Shown: positions 49,760 to 60,499 of the stretch, in pieces
Position numbering within the stretch: the first letter of the stretch is position 1
How the letters are laid out: the number at the start of each line of letters is the position of its first letter
IMG/VR virus record: IMGVR_UViG_3300044644_001125
Span: 248,001-312,000 of that record
Length of the DNA stretch: 64,000 nucleotides
Direction: 5' to 3' (one strand)
Position numbers and translations under genes: made by a program
The notes under the pieces: generated by a model
Seen by the model: the letters and a program-made list of their open reading frames with translations, nothing else
Databases searched by the model: none
Told to the model about the DNA's origin: nothing

Positions 49760-51314
49760 GTTTCTTTCCTTCTTTTGTTATGTCCGTTTTGTCAGGCACT
49801 GATACGGTTGGATCTAAATTCTCATGCAATGACCATGGCTCATGCATTGGGATTCTTCGTAGGATACTTTGTAGCGGTTTTTCTGCTTGATATCTCTTTT
49901 CCTTCCATGCAACCGCAGTACTTGTTACTGGGATATCATGTATCTTAAACGGTTCTGCTGGTGCTGCTATTTCCGCGACATTCTTATCACAGTTCATGTA
50001 TATTTGGTCTGCAGTTACAGAATGTGTAGTCTGACTTCTTATATGCGTTGATGATCCAGCTGTAAACTTATTTGACTTACCTGATTGTAACTCGAAATTA
50101 AACGCAGTTGTTACTTGCCCATTTGCACCAATTACCAACGTAGTATCACCAGCACTTTCCATACGAATACCACCTAAACCAGAATCTGCACCTGCACTTA
50201 GATTGAAATTCCTACCAGCTTCTAAATTAATATCCCTATCTGCACGGATATTCAAATCATTTTCTGTATGGATTGAAATGGAATCCTTAGCATATATGTC
50301 AATTTTACCATTACTAGTCAGTTCAACCCACGCCGTTCCTCTTGAATTTGCAATATAAATCAAATCCTCTGAGTTGTGCATCAATATTTGATGCCCAGTG
50401 CGAGTTCTTACCCTAAAATATTCATTGTATGGTATATTCAGAGAACCTTTTCCGGTATTAGTGATGTCTTCGTATTCCATTTTACCAGTCGAAGCATGCG
50501 ACTTACGTTGCATCTTATCTTGACCATCATCCATCACGAACTGGGTTCCGCCAACGCGACTTACTGGAATAGCAGACGGCGTTTGACTTTGATTAGTCCC
50601 AACTGGTGCCATTTTCGAACCTTTACGTCTATCAACCGGACCAGGTGTTGAAATACCAAACACCATACTAGGTGCTTCTCGTCTACTAGAGCTATTCGTA
50701 ACACCACGAATCCCGTCTTCAACCAATCCTTGCTCCAAATAACAAGCAGCCATTGGATGTAATGCTTTTTTCAACTTACTAGCATCGATTTCTTTGTCAG
50801 TTGAGTTATGGCGTTTGTTAATTTCTGCAACAGGTAACGGTGACTTTGTATCAAATGAATCTTTATCTGCTTTACTAGCATCAACCGTAGATGAACCAGC
50901 AATACCAGGAACCATATGATTAGTAAATCTGGATGGAACAGCCGCAAACCAATATCCTTGTGAGGAATCACCATCGACAAACACAACGAGGACTGTAACA
51001 CCGATGTCCGGTGGTACAAACCACATCCCATAACTCTTCTGGGTGTCATTAAATCCACCAAGTCCATCAGTCTTTTCACTGGTATTATTACCAGTATGTT
51101 CAGCTGCCGTGTAGCCAAAGAATGGTGGTGCATATTTCACAATATACGATTGCATTGTATTACCAACCTGGTTTCCTTGTGGTTTCATTAGAGTAACCTC
51201 TAAACTTCCCATGTAGGTTGGATCTAAATTATTAACAATCCTAGCGGAATATATCCCAGTTCCTAACTTTGATTTACTAGTCGCGCTCGCTGGCTGCCTT
51301 GTATGTTCTGCCAT
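49749..51314 (-). CDS. Baseplate hub/spike protein (gp5/VgrG-like OB-fold plus beta-helix)
   Basis: DPTYMGSLEV, GMWFVPPDIGVTVLVVF..GD, RTRTGHQILM, beta-helix repeats; no lysozyme domain recognised. Confidence 0.8.
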   Translation of the reverse strand: MAEHTRQPASATSKSKLGTGIYSARIVNNLDPTYMGSLEVTLMKPQGNQVGNTMQSYIVKYAPPFFGYTAAEHTGNNTSEKTDGLGGFNDTQKSYGMWFVPPDIGVTVLVVFVDGDSSQGYWFAAVPSRFTNHMVPGIAGSSTVDASKADKDSFDTKSPLPVAEINKRHNSTDKEIDASKLKKALHPMAACYLEQGLVEDGIRGVTNSSSRREAPSMVFGISTPGPVDRRKGSKMAPVGTNQSQTPSAIPVSRVGGTQFVMDDGQDKMQRKSHASTGKMEYEDITNTGKGSLNIPYNEYFRVRTRTGHQILMHNSEDLIYIANSRGTAWVELTSNGKIDIYAKDSISIHTENDLNIRADRDINLEAGRNFNLSAGADSGLGGIRMESAGDTTLVIGANGQVTTAFNFELQSGKSNKFTAGSSTHIRSQTTHSVTADQIYMNCDKNVAEIAAPAEPFKIHDIPVTSTAVAWKEKRYQAEKPLQSILRRIPMHEPWSLHENLDPTVSVPDKTDITKEGKKRGE

Positions 51315-51329
51315 TTGTATATCCTGATT

Positions 51330-53771
51330 TTATGGGGTTTTGAATTGGTTTATTGTTTGTTTTACAGAATTAATAGTACCAGCAACTTCCGAGGCTGCAC
51401 CAGGAATAGAAGATACCATATCAGCTACTTTACTCAACTCTGACGTTTGATGAAACGATGCTAGGTCTGGGATTACTTCTGCGACTGCATTTTTTACAGA
51501 CTTCAATGCCTGGAACTGCCATAATCCACTATTTGGTGTGGTTGATGGGTTTTCACTTCCTAAGAATGATGATAATGTTTCTGATTTTTTACCAGATGAT
51601 TGTAAATCTGGCACATCCGATGGTTGACATGGTTTTCTAATACAAGTCAGTTTTTGCTTAAATAAGCCATCATTGATAACATTTTCACAAGTTATAACTT
51701 GATATATACCACTAAATTGTGATTTCAACTTAGCTTCTTTGTCAATAAATCCATATAGTCCATCACCACCCATATTAACATCGACTGGAGTTCTAAACGT
51801 AACATTGATATGAACTTCTCTATCCTGATAGTTCATAGTTCCATCAGCTGTCATTTGTGGACTAGCGTCTGACACTGGGCTGAAGTAATTTGCAGTACCG
51901 CTATCAACCATCCAATAAGGGTCGCCCATAACTTCTAATTGCAATTTAATCATATCACCGCTACCAGCACCGAGTAATATTTTATGAAAACGCAATGCGG
52001 TTTCTATTTCAGTGTCGGTTGCACCTGAGCCACCAGAAGATTCTGTCAAAAAAGTTGGATCAGTATGAACTCGTGGACGCATTGCAACAGCAGCACCAGG
52101 TGTTGATCCTGGATTTACTACTTGTTTAGTCGGTAATACTTCAGAAGTTGTTGAGTTGACGTTAGGATCCGCTATCTTACCAGATTGACTTGCTGGCGAT
52201 GAATTAGTCGCGGCATAGAACAAATTGTTAAGTTCAATATCAAATCGTAAAACGTTTGTATTCTTACCAGTGTAAATGTAGTTATACGCCTTACATACTT
52301 GCTTCTTAAGCGTATCATACCCATCCGGCACAGCACCAGGTGGTGTTACGATAGATTGATGCACCCAATACGGTCTTACCCTAAACGTAATTTTTTTCGC
52401 AAACTCACCAGCGATAACATTACTAACACCTGGAATAATCTCAATTTGAATGTCAATCATAAAATGGCGTATCAAGCCATCCTTAATATTCTCTGGTTTA
52501 AGTTGATACTTACAATAATCCGATTTCTTTACTATATCAGTTATCACATCGGTTATACGTTTACCTTGATCGTATTGAAATGCTCGATTCTTTGGATCAA
52601 CAAGCATGGTTCCTTCATCTTGCATCCCTTTATCATTGTAAACATCATCGGGTTGCTTCATTGGAATGGTTCCACCAGTACTGCCAGTAAACCCAAGACT
52701 AGATCGACCAATATCGTTCATTAAGGGATCTTCAAGTTCCATATTCGTACCAGCGATTGCTTTTGGATTGCTACTACCAGGCGTTACAGTCGCAGAATCA
52801 GGTATCGTTGCCATTGCAATTGACGTGAAATCCTCAATATTCTCTGGGAATTGAATATCATATGTGTCTGGTCTTCCACTCTGACCTTCTTGAACTTTAG
52901 TTTGTTCAAAATTATTCAAGAAAGAAACTAAACTGTTTTTACCTGTTTTTAAAATCTCGACAACAGTACCTTCCGAATCAGCAATTAGTTTAGCATCTCG
53001 CATTAATGTGTTATAAACATCACTATGCCCAAGTTCATTCCATGGAATTGCAGTTACGTTGTAGGTACTACCAGCTTCGGTTACTTTGAATTTAACATTT
53101 GATATCCTTATGGTAAAATACTTTGGCTGCATCACAGTCAATATAGTACCATCGGTATCATAGCCTTTAAATTCCAATATCAATACAAAGGAGGCTTCAC
53201 CATAAGACGTATAGTTGGCATTTATAGCAGCATTTTGCAAACTTTCAATAAATTGGCCCATTGAATACGGTTCAAATATGTCAAATCGATAATTGATTGA
53301 ATTTGAGTTACCAACCTTTTGATCGGGTGCAACGGTCATCAAAAAATTGAAGTTATTAAGAAAAAACTCAGGTGTTCCACGTGATGTTCTAACACGTTCG
53401 GCATCGTATCGACCAGCAGACGAGAAAATAACATTGGATAACGTACTCGATTTACTTCTATACAACGCTGGTTGATTATATTCTTCAGCTGTTAAACAGG
53501 CAAGCGTCCACAACGGTGTACACGACGCAAACTGTTCCAGTACATTATCAACGACATTAGGTAATTCATTATCATTACCTGTCGTCGTATCAGCAGCGGT
53601 TCCTGTAGAAACAGTTGCACCTGGATTTGCCATTGATTGAAAAGATGGAGTTATGGCAGTAGCTATACCAGTTGATATATTAGAAGGAACAAATACCGGT
53701 TGTCCATTTGCAATCGGTGTCATTGGTATTTCTGTCGAGCCAGGTTCTCCTAATCCAATAGTTACCGTCAT
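51330..53771 (-). CDS. Baseplate hub protein (gp27/late control D-like)
   Basis: Position between the gp53-like and gp5-like genes; LEVMGDPYW, FSGIYQVITCENVINDGLFKQKL. Confidence 0.65.
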   Translation of the reverse strand: MTVTIGLGEPGSTEIPMTPIANGQPVFVPSNISTGIATAITPSFQSMANPGATVSTGTAADTTTGNDNELPNVVDNVLEQFASCTPLWTLACLTAEEYNQPALYRSKSSTLSNVIFSSAGRYDAERVRTSRGTPEFFLNNFNFLMTVAPDQKVGNSNSINYRFDIFEPYSMGQFIESLQNAAINANYTSYGEASFVLILEFKGYDTDGTILTVMQPKYFTIRISNVKFKVTEAGSTYNVTAIPWNELGHSDVYNTLMRDAKLIADSEGTVVEILKTGKNSLVSFLNNFEQTKVQEGQSGRPDTYDIQFPENIEDFTSIAMATIPDSATVTPGSSNPKAIAGTNMELEDPLMNDIGRSSLGFTGSTGGTIPMKQPDDVYNDKGMQDEGTMLVDPKNRAFQYDQGKRITDVITDIVKKSDYCKYQLKPENIKDGLIRHFMIDIQIEIIPGVSNVIAGEFAKKITFRVRPYWVHQSIVTPPGAVPDGYDTLKKQVCKAYNYIYTGKNTNVLRFDIELNNLFYAATNSSPASQSGKIADPNVNSTTSEVLPTKQVVNPGSTPGAAVAMRPRVHTDPTFLTESSGGSGATDTEIETALRFHKILLGAGSGDMIKLQLEVMGDPYWMVDSGTANYFSPVSDASPQMTADGTMNYQDREVHINVTFRTPVDVNMGGDGLYGFIDKEAKLKSQFSGIYQVITCENVINDGLFKQKLTCIRKPCQPSDVPDLQSSGKKSETLSSFLGSENPSTTPNSGLWQFQALKSVKNAVAEVIPDLASFHQTSELSKVADMVSSIPGAASEVAGTINSVKQTINQFKTP

Positions 53772-53772
53772 T

Positions 53773-54072
53773 CTATACTCCTAGATATTGTGATAATCTG
53801 CTTTTCTTTGGGATGTATATTGCAACACCAGTTTCAAAATCATAAATTGGATCTTTTATTACACTCATATTACGTTGAACAAACACCCACCATAGTTTTG
53901 GGTTACCGTATATGTCATAGGCTAGTAAATCTGGTCTATGACGATGCTGTGATTGAATTATGTGCAATGCATCATCTGGTTCTGATGGCACTGGTCTCAT
54001 CTGCAGTAATTCCAAATACAACGCATTTTGTGGTGTTGTATTCCAAGGGGATGAATTTGAATATTTTGCCAT
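53773..54072 (-). CDS. Baseplate wedge LysM-like protein (gp53-like)
   Basis: RPDLLAYDIYGNPKLWWVF..N..DPI..IYIP. Confidence 0.8.
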   Translation of the reverse strand: MAKYSNSSPWNTTPQNALYLELLQMRPVPSEPDDALHIIQSQHRHRPDLLAYDIYGNPKLWWVFVQRNMSVIKDPIYDFETGVAIYIPKKSRLSQYLGV

Positions 54073-55085
54073 TATAGATATCCTAAACCGCTATTGTCTA
54101 CCATCGCGCCTTTCGCGTATGATTTTAAATTAAATTGTCTTACTGTTGTTCTATTATAAATTGGGCTAACCACTACCGTCACTGTACTTATGATTGGAAC
54201 CCACGTCACTTTACCGTCAACCGTGCACCGAATATAGTTTACTGAATCCTTGAAATCAACCGTAAATGATTTGATGACTACTGGTACATTATCGAAAATA
54301 TGCTTACCATATCCAGATAATCTACAAATAATTGGTGGATTACCCACGTGATTGCCACTACCAAAAAACATTTTAGTCGCTGTTCTAAAAAAGGTTGTGG
54401 CAGCAAGCCAATACTCTGCATCCGTCTCCGTTTCGCACGAAAACTCACCAGAAATGCTAATATCTTCTACTTGGCTGTCTTTATATGCTTGAAATGGGTA
54501 GTTGCTATGTACTACACTGGTTGTTGTATAGTTTGCTTTTGTTGTTAATGTGATATTTGGAACATATGGCCAAATAGCACCACCTGTTTTTTCTAATCTT
54601 TTGAATAATTTTGAATCGAATAGCTGCCAAGGGGCATTGATTCTAACTCTCCAATCGTTCTGTGCTGTTGGTGATAAACTAATAGATGCCTGCTTTTCTG
54701 CAAACAATTCAGCACCAGTTGGGTTTTTACTATTACTAAGCCGTAACGTACTTAAAAAATCATTAGCTTGCCCTGCCAAGGTTGATAAGCTACCAGCCAA
54801 GTTAGTGAAATCAGATAACCCTGAATTACCAGTAAATTCAGCAATTGTAGTTTCTGCCTGTGCAAGACCATCAAACCCACCAATGATACCAGCATCGCTT
54901 GCTACTTGATTACTAGCCATAGACATGTATGTATTAGCAACATTATCGGCAGCTGCAGTATTATTACCAAGCGATAAAGCACCGCTTGCGTTAACCGCAT
55001 TCGCAACTGCGGTATTTACTTGGCTTGTATTCACGCCTGGACTAACGCCAGTCGTTGGATTGTAACTAAAGGTATCGATTGCCAT
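54072..55085 (-). CDS. Tail tube initiator/baseplate protein (tube fold)
   Basis: WPYVPNIT..HSNY..PPIICRLSGYG..FDNVPVVIKSF; first gene of the tail operon. Confidence 0.6.
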   Translation of the reverse strand: MAIDTFSYNPTTGVSPGVNTSQVNTAVANAVNASGALSLGNNTAAADNVANTYMSMASNQVASDAGIIGGFDGLAQAETTIAEFTGNSGLSDFTNLAGSLSTLAGQANDFLSTLRLSNSKNPTGAELFAEKQASISLSPTAQNDWRVRINAPWQLFDSKLFKRLEKTGGAIWPYVPNITLTTKANYTTTSVVHSNYPFQAYKDSQVEDISISGEFSCETETDAEYWLAATTFFRTATKMFFGSGNHVGNPPIICRLSGYGKHIFDNVPVVIKSFTVDFKDSVNYIRCTVDGKVTWVPIISTVTVVVSPIYNRTTVRQFNLKSYAKGAMVDNSGLGYL

Positions 55086-55109
55086 TGCTAAATATTCTCC
55101 TATTAGTAC

Positions 55110-55116
55110 TATTTAT
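55110..55116 (-). promoter_or_regulatory. T4-late-like promoter (ATAAATA) for the tail operon
   Basis: 25 nt upstream of the first tail gene; the same NTAAATA motif precedes minus-strand genes at 49272, 32215 and 26147. Confidence 0.55.
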
Positions 55117-55169
55117 TCCATAAAAAGTATGTTATAATAGGTCTTATCAAATTCATTTGGAGAGAGTTA

Positions 55170-56018
55170 ATGGCTGACCACGTGGTACCAAAAGCAAAGT
55201 ATTTGACAAACAAAGAGTTACTAAAAGCAATACACGCAAGTAAAAATACTTTTTGTTCGTACACAAAACCTGAATATGGATTCTATGACTGTATCGTAAC
55301 TGATATCGGTGAAATCAATGAAGATACAATCAACGATGCTAAACAAAGCCGTGCTACTCGATTATCAAGAGCAGCACATGAAAAAGCCCAACTAGAAGCT
55401 GGTAAGAAAATCCCAGCAATCGAATTTGAAGTCGATTACACCACCATTTGTGAAAATGATTTAGTATTCAGAATCATGACGTTTGACCACATTCCCCTAC
55501 AGCCAGACCGTAAGAAAACGGTTAAAACTGTTGCTGATGCTCGTGCCAAAGTAAACTTCCCACCTTTCCAACATTGGAAATTCAATGAGAATAAAGAGTT
55601 AGTTTGTGTTGGTAAAAGTCATTGGGATGGTGATGTCGATACTGGTCATTTCAGTATCACAAAAGGTCAGATGTCTAACTTGCTAGGTAAGATGTTAATG
55701 AAATTGGCTGAAAGATATTCTTCACGTAGCAACGTTCGCGGATATACCTATAATGATGAGATGCGAGGCCAGGCAGTACTTCAGTTAACGCAGGTTGCAC
55801 TCCAATTCGACGAGTCAAAATCATCTAATCCATTCAGTTTCTATACACAATGTTGCACGAACGCCTTCTTACGTGTGATAAACATTGAGAAAAGAAATCG
55901 TGAAATTCGTGATGACATCCTTGAAAGTGCAGGTTTAAACCCTAGTCATACTAGAATGAATTCGGATACCTATGGAGAAAGAATGAATGATGGTTATACT
56001 TGGATTGATGTAGACTAA
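55170..56018 (+). CDS. Late transcription sigma factor (gp55-like)
   Basis: YLTNKELL; KLAERYS..RGYTYNDEMRGQA..QFDESKSSNPFSFYTQ..NAFLRVINIEK. Confidence 0.85.
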   Translation: MADHVVPKAKYLTNKELLKAIHASKNTFCSYTKPEYGFYDCIVTDIGEINEDTINDAKQSRATRLSRAAHEKAQLEAGKKIPAIEFEVDYTTICENDLVFRIMTFDHIPLQPDRKKTVKTVADARAKVNFPPFQHWKFNENKELVCVGKSHWDGDVDTGHFSITKGQMSNLLGKMLMKLAERYSSRSNVRGYTYNDEMRGQAVLQLTQVALQFDESKSSNPFSFYTQCCTNAFLRVINIEKRNREIRDDILESAGLNPSHTRMNSDTYGERMNDGYTWIDVD

Positions 56019-56039
56019 AAGATAATTGTTCTACTAATT

Positions 56040-56063
56040 AAGCCCAGCGAAGCTGGGCTTTTT
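56040..56063. terminator. Intrinsic terminator between convergent genes
   Basis: AAGCCCAGC-gaa-GCTGGGCTT-TTT. Confidence 0.8.
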
Positions 56064-56064
56064 C

Positions 56065-56514
56065 TTATCTCACTTGCACGATATACTCACCTGAACTTGG
56101 ATCATTTGTTACTACCTTAAATCCATATCGTTTACTTAATTGTCGAGTTAATGATTGATATACACCACGTCTGTCATTAGTCCCATCATCCTTTGCCGCT
56201 GAGTACCCAATGTACATAATCTTTGGGTTTTGTTTAATCCAAACCAATGCACATGCTATCACGGTTGATAGTATCTTACGAGCAAAACCTTCTGTATTGA
56301 ATCCATCAAATGAATCATTAATTTCGTATATTAAAGTAGCATAGTTAGATTTATTTCTGTGAAACAAAACCATACCCGAATGCTTTTCACCAGATGGTGT
56401 TTCAAACGCAAACTCAAATATATTTGAATCAGTTTGTTTGTATTCTAGTGGAGTATCTAATGCCTCCACTAGATCAATGTTGTCAATTATGTCAAGCAGT
56501 TCTCGCATTTGCAT
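56065..56514 (-). CDS. Hypothetical protein with a head-targeting-like leader
   Basis: MRELLDIIDNIDLVE-A leader resembles those at 606-4776. Confidence 0.6.
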   Translation of the reverse strand: MQMRELLDIIDNIDLVEALDTPLEYKQTDSNIFEFAFETPSGEKHSGMVLFHRNKSNYATLIYEINDSFDGFNTEGFARKILSTVIACALVWIKQNPKIMYIGYSAAKDDGTNDRRGVYQSLTRQLSKRYGFKVVTNDPSSGEYIVQVR

Positions 56515-56863
56515 TTCTCTTTTCCTTTACTTGTATGTAGATTGCCTCTGGTTCCACGTCGAAGTATTTGTACAATGCACCGCACAACCAACCATCTATA
56601 CCCAATGCCTTACACACATACCAGTTACCGGTTTCTTCATTTCCACGTGTTTTCAATTCTAACTTATATTTATAGGATGGAAATGGGTTTTTAGAAAAGA
56701 TACAGAGGAATCCATCGTGTGCATTTGGAATATGACTAACCATAGCGTCAATAATCAAATCAGCACCCGATACAAATGCTTCTTTGTTCAATCCTGTTGT
56801 TTCGTCATCAAATACCCAAACCCCGTGGTAATTGTAAATCTCAATAATATTGATTGCGTTCAT
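56492..56863 (-). CDS. Hypothetical protein (DUF6717-like)
   Basis: GAGG RBS; WVFDDE..GL.KEAFVSGAD..FS..PFP..GNWY..GWLC.AL.KYF. Confidence 0.65.
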   Translation of the reverse strand: MNAINIIEIYNYHGVWVFDDETTGLNKEAFVSGADLIIDAMVSHIPNAHDGFLCIFSKNPFPSYKYKLELKTRGNEETGNWYVCKALGIDGWLCGALYKYFDVEPEAIYIQVKEKRNANARTA

Positions 56864-56892
56864 ATTACACCTCGTTAGTTGAATGAGCCGTT

Positions 56893-56974
56893 AATATATA
56901 GTATAATGGACCTATAGTCAATACCTAAAAGATAATTAAATCACAATTGACTTCCATTATCTTTTAGTTATAAT
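56893..56974. promoter_or_regulatory. Divergent sigma70-type promoter pair containing an inverted pair of CTAAAAGATAAT boxes
   Basis: Minus strand TTGACT(56921-16)-17-TATATT; plus strand TTGACT(56947)-16-TATAAT; boxes at 56925 (+) and 56956 (-). Confidence 0.65.
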
Positions 56975-57005
56975 ACCAGCAACTTAACCCAACTAGGACA
57001 ATTAT

Positions 57006-57206
57006 ATGAAAATAGAACCATTTGATGCACTCATAAGAGAAAAATACGGTGTATCAGTTTACGACTGCAATCGTGACCCAATTAAAGAAATGCGAACTTG
57101 GTGCATTAATACGTTTGGTGAGCATACCGTCAGAGTATCGCTTTCCAATTTCTATTTCCTAAAAGAATCAGATAGACTGTTGTTCATCATGCGATGGACT
57201 GAATAG
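57006..57206 (+). CDS. Hypothetical protein
   Basis: AGGA RBS; WC..FG..FYF..ESD..LF..RW, typical of small phage proteins. Confidence 0.65.
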   Translation: MKIEPFDALIREKYGVSVYDCNRDPIKEMRTWCINTFGEHTVRVSLSNFYFLKESDRLLFIMRWTE

Positions 57207-57210
57207 CCAC

Positions 57211-57239
57211 TTGACAAACCACTACATACCTTATACAAT
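57211..57239 (+). promoter_or_regulatory. Sigma70-type promoter
   Basis: TTGACA-17-TACAAT. Confidence 0.75.
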
Positions 57240-57269
57240 TCACCAATCATAACTAACCTGAAGAACAAT

Positions 57270-58286
57270 ATGACAGATAATTTATTCAAGAAAGTAGCAG
57301 TATTCACTGATTTGCACATCGGTGCTAAGTCTAATTCAACCACACACAATGAAGATTGTGAACAATTCATCGATTGGTTTATCGAAACAGCAAAGGCTAA
57401 TGACTGTGAAGTTGGTATGTTCTTAGGTGATTTTCATCACAATAGAAGTTCACTTAATATCTTATCAATGGATTATAGTGTACGTTGCCTTGAAAAAATG
57501 GGTGCTGCATTTGAAAAGTTCTATTTCTTACCAGGCAACCACGATTTGTACTTAAAAGATCGCAGAGACGTATGTAGTGTTATCTATGGTAAGTTCATTC
57601 CAGGGATTACAATCATTGAAAAACCAATGACTATTGGTAATGTAACGCTTTGCCCTTGGTTGATTGGTGAAGAATGGAAAACAGTTGGTAAAACCGGTGG
57701 TCGATATATCTTTGGTCATTTTGAATTACCTGGTTTCTTCTTAAACTCGATGGTTAGAATGCCAGATACTGGTGAAATTCGCAATGAACAGTTCAAACCA
57801 TACGAACTTGGTTTCAGTGGACATTTCCATCAAAGACAATCTAATGGCAATATCAACTACATTGGTAATGCGTTTCCACACAATTATGCGGATGCTGGTG
57901 ATGATGCCCGTGGTATGATGATTTTAGAATGGGGTGGTGAACCTCAATACCTTTCATGGCCTAAACAACCTACTTATAGATCATACAAGCTAAGTGAAGT
58001 TATCAGTGAACCAGATAAGTTGCTTAAAGAAGGTATGCATTGCCGTGTAACTATTGATATTCCTATTACATTTGAGGAAGCAAACTTCATCAAGGAAACT
58101 TTCATACCACAGTACAACCTGCGTGAGATGCACTTGGTTCCTTCTAAAGCAGATATCAACCCTGACTTAGCTCCAGTTGATATTAGTTTTGAAACAGTTG
58201 ATACTATTGTTATGAGTCAAATTGAATCAATTGATACTGAATCATTTGATAAGAATTTGTTGATGGCAATCTATCAAGAACTGTAG
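57270..58286 (+). CDS. Recombination endonuclease subunit (gp47/Mre11/SbcD-like)
   Basis: Metallophosphoesterase motifs DLH, GDFHH, GNHD, GHFE, SGHFH. Confidence 0.9.
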   Translation: MTDNLFKKVAVFTDLHIGAKSNSTTHNEDCEQFIDWFIETAKANDCEVGMFLGDFHHNRSSLNILSMDYSVRCLEKMGAAFEKFYFLPGNHDLYLKDRRDVCSVIYGKFIPGITIIEKPMTIGNVTLCPWLIGEEWKTVGKTGGRYIFGHFELPGFFLNSMVRMPDTGEIRNEQFKPYELGFSGHFHQRQSNGNINYIGNAFPHNYADAGDDARGMMILEWGGEPQYLSWPKQPTYRSYKLSEVISEPDKLLKEGMHCRVTIDIPITFEEANFIKETFIPQYNLREMHLVPSKADINPDLAPVDISFETVDTIVMSQIESIDTESFDKNLLMAIYQEL

Positions 58287-58295
58287 GTGGTGATA

Positions 58296-58658
58296 ATGAA
58301 TATGCAAGAAACCTATTTGTTTGAACAGTTCCGTTCTGTATTCCCAGAGATTGAAAAGCAATTCTATATACCTTATGTTCGTAGTGGTTCTAAACGACAT
58401 TATCGCTATGACTTTCGGTATCAAAACAAGATAATTGAATTTCATGGTGATTTCTGGCATGCGCATCCTTTGCTGTATGCCGAAGACTTCGTTAATCCAA
58501 CTACGAAGAAAACTGCGTTTGAAACTTGGACTTCTGATTATCACAAGAATCAATACGCCATTGACAATGGTTATTCTTTACTGGTTGTTTGGGAATCTGA
58601 TTTTAACGCCAACCGACAAGAAGTTGTTGACCGTTGTACTAATTTCCTGTTAACATAA
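58296..58658 (+). CDS. Stand-alone Vsr/DUF559-like PD-(D/E)XK endonuclease domain
   Basis: YDF..KIIEFHGDFWH..D..K...A...GYSLLVVWESD. Confidence 0.75.
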   Translation: MNMQETYLFEQFRSVFPEIEKQFYIPYVRSGSKRHYRYDFRYQNKIIEFHGDFWHAHPLLYAEDFVNPTTKKTAFETWTSDYHKNQYAIDNGYSLLVVWESDFNANRQEVVDRCTNFLLT

Positions 58659-58686
58659 ACTATCCATCCTACAATTACTGACTATC

Positions 58687-60456
58687 ATGATAACAATTAA
58701 GAATCTAACTGCAAAAAACTTCCTATCTATTGGGAATCAAACTCAATCCGTTTCCTTTGATAATGGGTTATTGACCCTTGTACTAGGCGAAAACCTTGAC
58801 ATGGGTGGGCCTGAAAAACGGAACGGCTGTGGTAAAACGGTAATGGTTAACGCATTAAGTTACGCATTATTCGGTTCTGCGTTGACTAATATCAAGCGTG
58901 AAAACCTTATTAATAAGATAAATGGTAAGAATATGCTTGCCACTGTATCATTTGACAAGGATGGTGTTGAATACAAGATAGAACGTGGTAGAAAACCAAA
59001 TATCTTGAAGTTTTCTATCAATGGAAAAGACCAAGTGCTACAAGATTTGGATGAAAGTCAAGGTGATTCAAGAGAAACTCAAAAGGCTATTGAAGAAATC
59101 TTAGGTATGAAATTGGAGATGTTCAAGCACATAGTTGCTCTGAATACTTACACTGTTCCATTCTTAGGAATGAAACCAGGTGAACAACGAGAAATCATTG
59201 AACAGTTACTTGGTATTACCCAATTGAGTGAAAAAGCTGATTCGTTAAAGGTATTAGTAAAAGAATCAAAAGATTCGATTGCGACTGAAAACACTCGCAT
59301 TACTACAGTACAAGCATCGAATGACCGTATTCAACAAAGTATTGAAGCCTTAATTCGTAAAGAAAAGATGTGGAATGAAACTCGTGATAGAGCAGTTGTT
59401 TCTATCAACAAAGATATTGAACGATTAAGTCCAATTGACATTGATGCCGAGATTCAAGCACAACGAGAGTATACTGTTTGGCATGCTAGTAAGAAAGAAC
59501 GTGATAGTATTAACTCATTAATTGCAAAGCAATCTACTGCAGTTGAACGAGAAGAACGTGTTCTTAAATCACTAGAGCAAGAGTTAGTTCACTTAGCAGA
59601 ACATAAATGCCATGCCTGTGGTCAAGAGTTACATGACGACAAACATGAACAGTTATTAGCTACTAAAAGTGAACAATACCAAACTAGTTTAAAGTCAATT
59701 GCTTCACATAAAGAAGAATTAGACTTGTTAGATGAAGCTATCATTACTTTAGGTGAGATTGGTCCTTGTCCAACTGTTAAGTATGATACCCTAGAACAAG
59801 CCTTGAATCACAAGAATACAATTGCTTCACTAGAGAAAGAGTTGGCTAGTAAGTTAGCTGAAACCAATCCCTACTTAGAACAAATCGAAGACTTGAAAAC
59901 GACTGCTATTCAAGATGTTTCATGGGACAAAATGAATGAATTAGTCAGAGTTAAAGAGCACCAAGACTTTCTCTATAACTTGTTAACTAACAAGAATAGT
60001 TTTATCCGTAAACGTATCATCGATCAAAACTTGGCATTCTTGAATCAAAGACTTTCTGTTTACTTAGGTCAATTGGGTCTACCACATCAAGTAGAATTCC
60101 AAAATGATTTATCTGTATCGATTACCCAATTAGGTCAAGATTTAGATTTCTACAACCTATCTCGTGGTGAGATGAATCGTTTAATCTTGTCTTTAAGCTG
60201 GTCTTTTAGAGATGTTTGGGAGAACTTATACCAACCAATCAACTTGTTATTCATTGATGAGTTGCTAGATTCTGGTTTAGATTCATCTGGTGTTGAATGT
60301 AGTATCTCTGTTCTAAAACAAATGACTCGTGAACGTAACAAGAATGTGTTCTTGATTTCACATAGAGATGACTTAACCAGTAGAGTTAATCACGTGTTGA
60401 AAGTTATCAAAGAAGGTGGGTTTACTCATTATGCTACTGACGTCGATATTGTCTAA
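58687..60456 (+). CDS. Recombination ATPase subunit (gp46/Rad50/SbcC-like)
   Basis: KNFLSIGN, Walker A NGCGKT, zinc hook CHACG, signature LSRGE, Walker B LFIDE, ISH. Confidence 0.92.
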   Translation: MITIKNLTAKNFLSIGNQTQSVSFDNGLLTLVLGENLDMGGPEKRNGCGKTVMVNALSYALFGSALTNIKRENLINKINGKNMLATVSFDKDGVEYKIERGRKPNILKFSINGKDQVLQDLDESQGDSRETQKAIEEILGMKLEMFKHIVALNTYTVPFLGMKPGEQREIIEQLLGITQLSEKADSLKVLVKESKDSIATENTRITTVQASNDRIQQSIEALIRKEKMWNETRDRAVVSINKDIERLSPIDIDAEIQAQREYTVWHASKKERDSINSLIAKQSTAVEREERVLKSLEQELVHLAEHKCHACGQELHDDKHEQLLATKSEQYQTSLKSIASHKEELDLLDEAIITLGEIGPCPTVKYDTLEQALNHKNTIASLEKELASKLAETNPYLEQIEDLKTTAIQDVSWDKMNELVRVKEHQDFLYNLLTNKNSFIRKRIIDQNLAFLNQRLSVYLGQLGLPHQVEFQNDLSVSITQLGQDLDFYNLSRGEMNRLILSLSWSFRDVWENLYQPINLLFIDELLDSGLDSSGVECSISVLKQMTRERNKNVFLISHRDDLTSRVNHVLKVIKEGGFTHYATDVDIV

Positions 60457-60474
60457 AAGATAATCGAATCTACT

Positions 60475-60499
60475 AAGCCCAGTTAATTCTGGGCTTTTT
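60475..60499 (+). terminator. Intrinsic terminator
   Basis: AAGCCCAG-ttaatt-CTGGGCTT-TTT. Confidence 0.8.
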
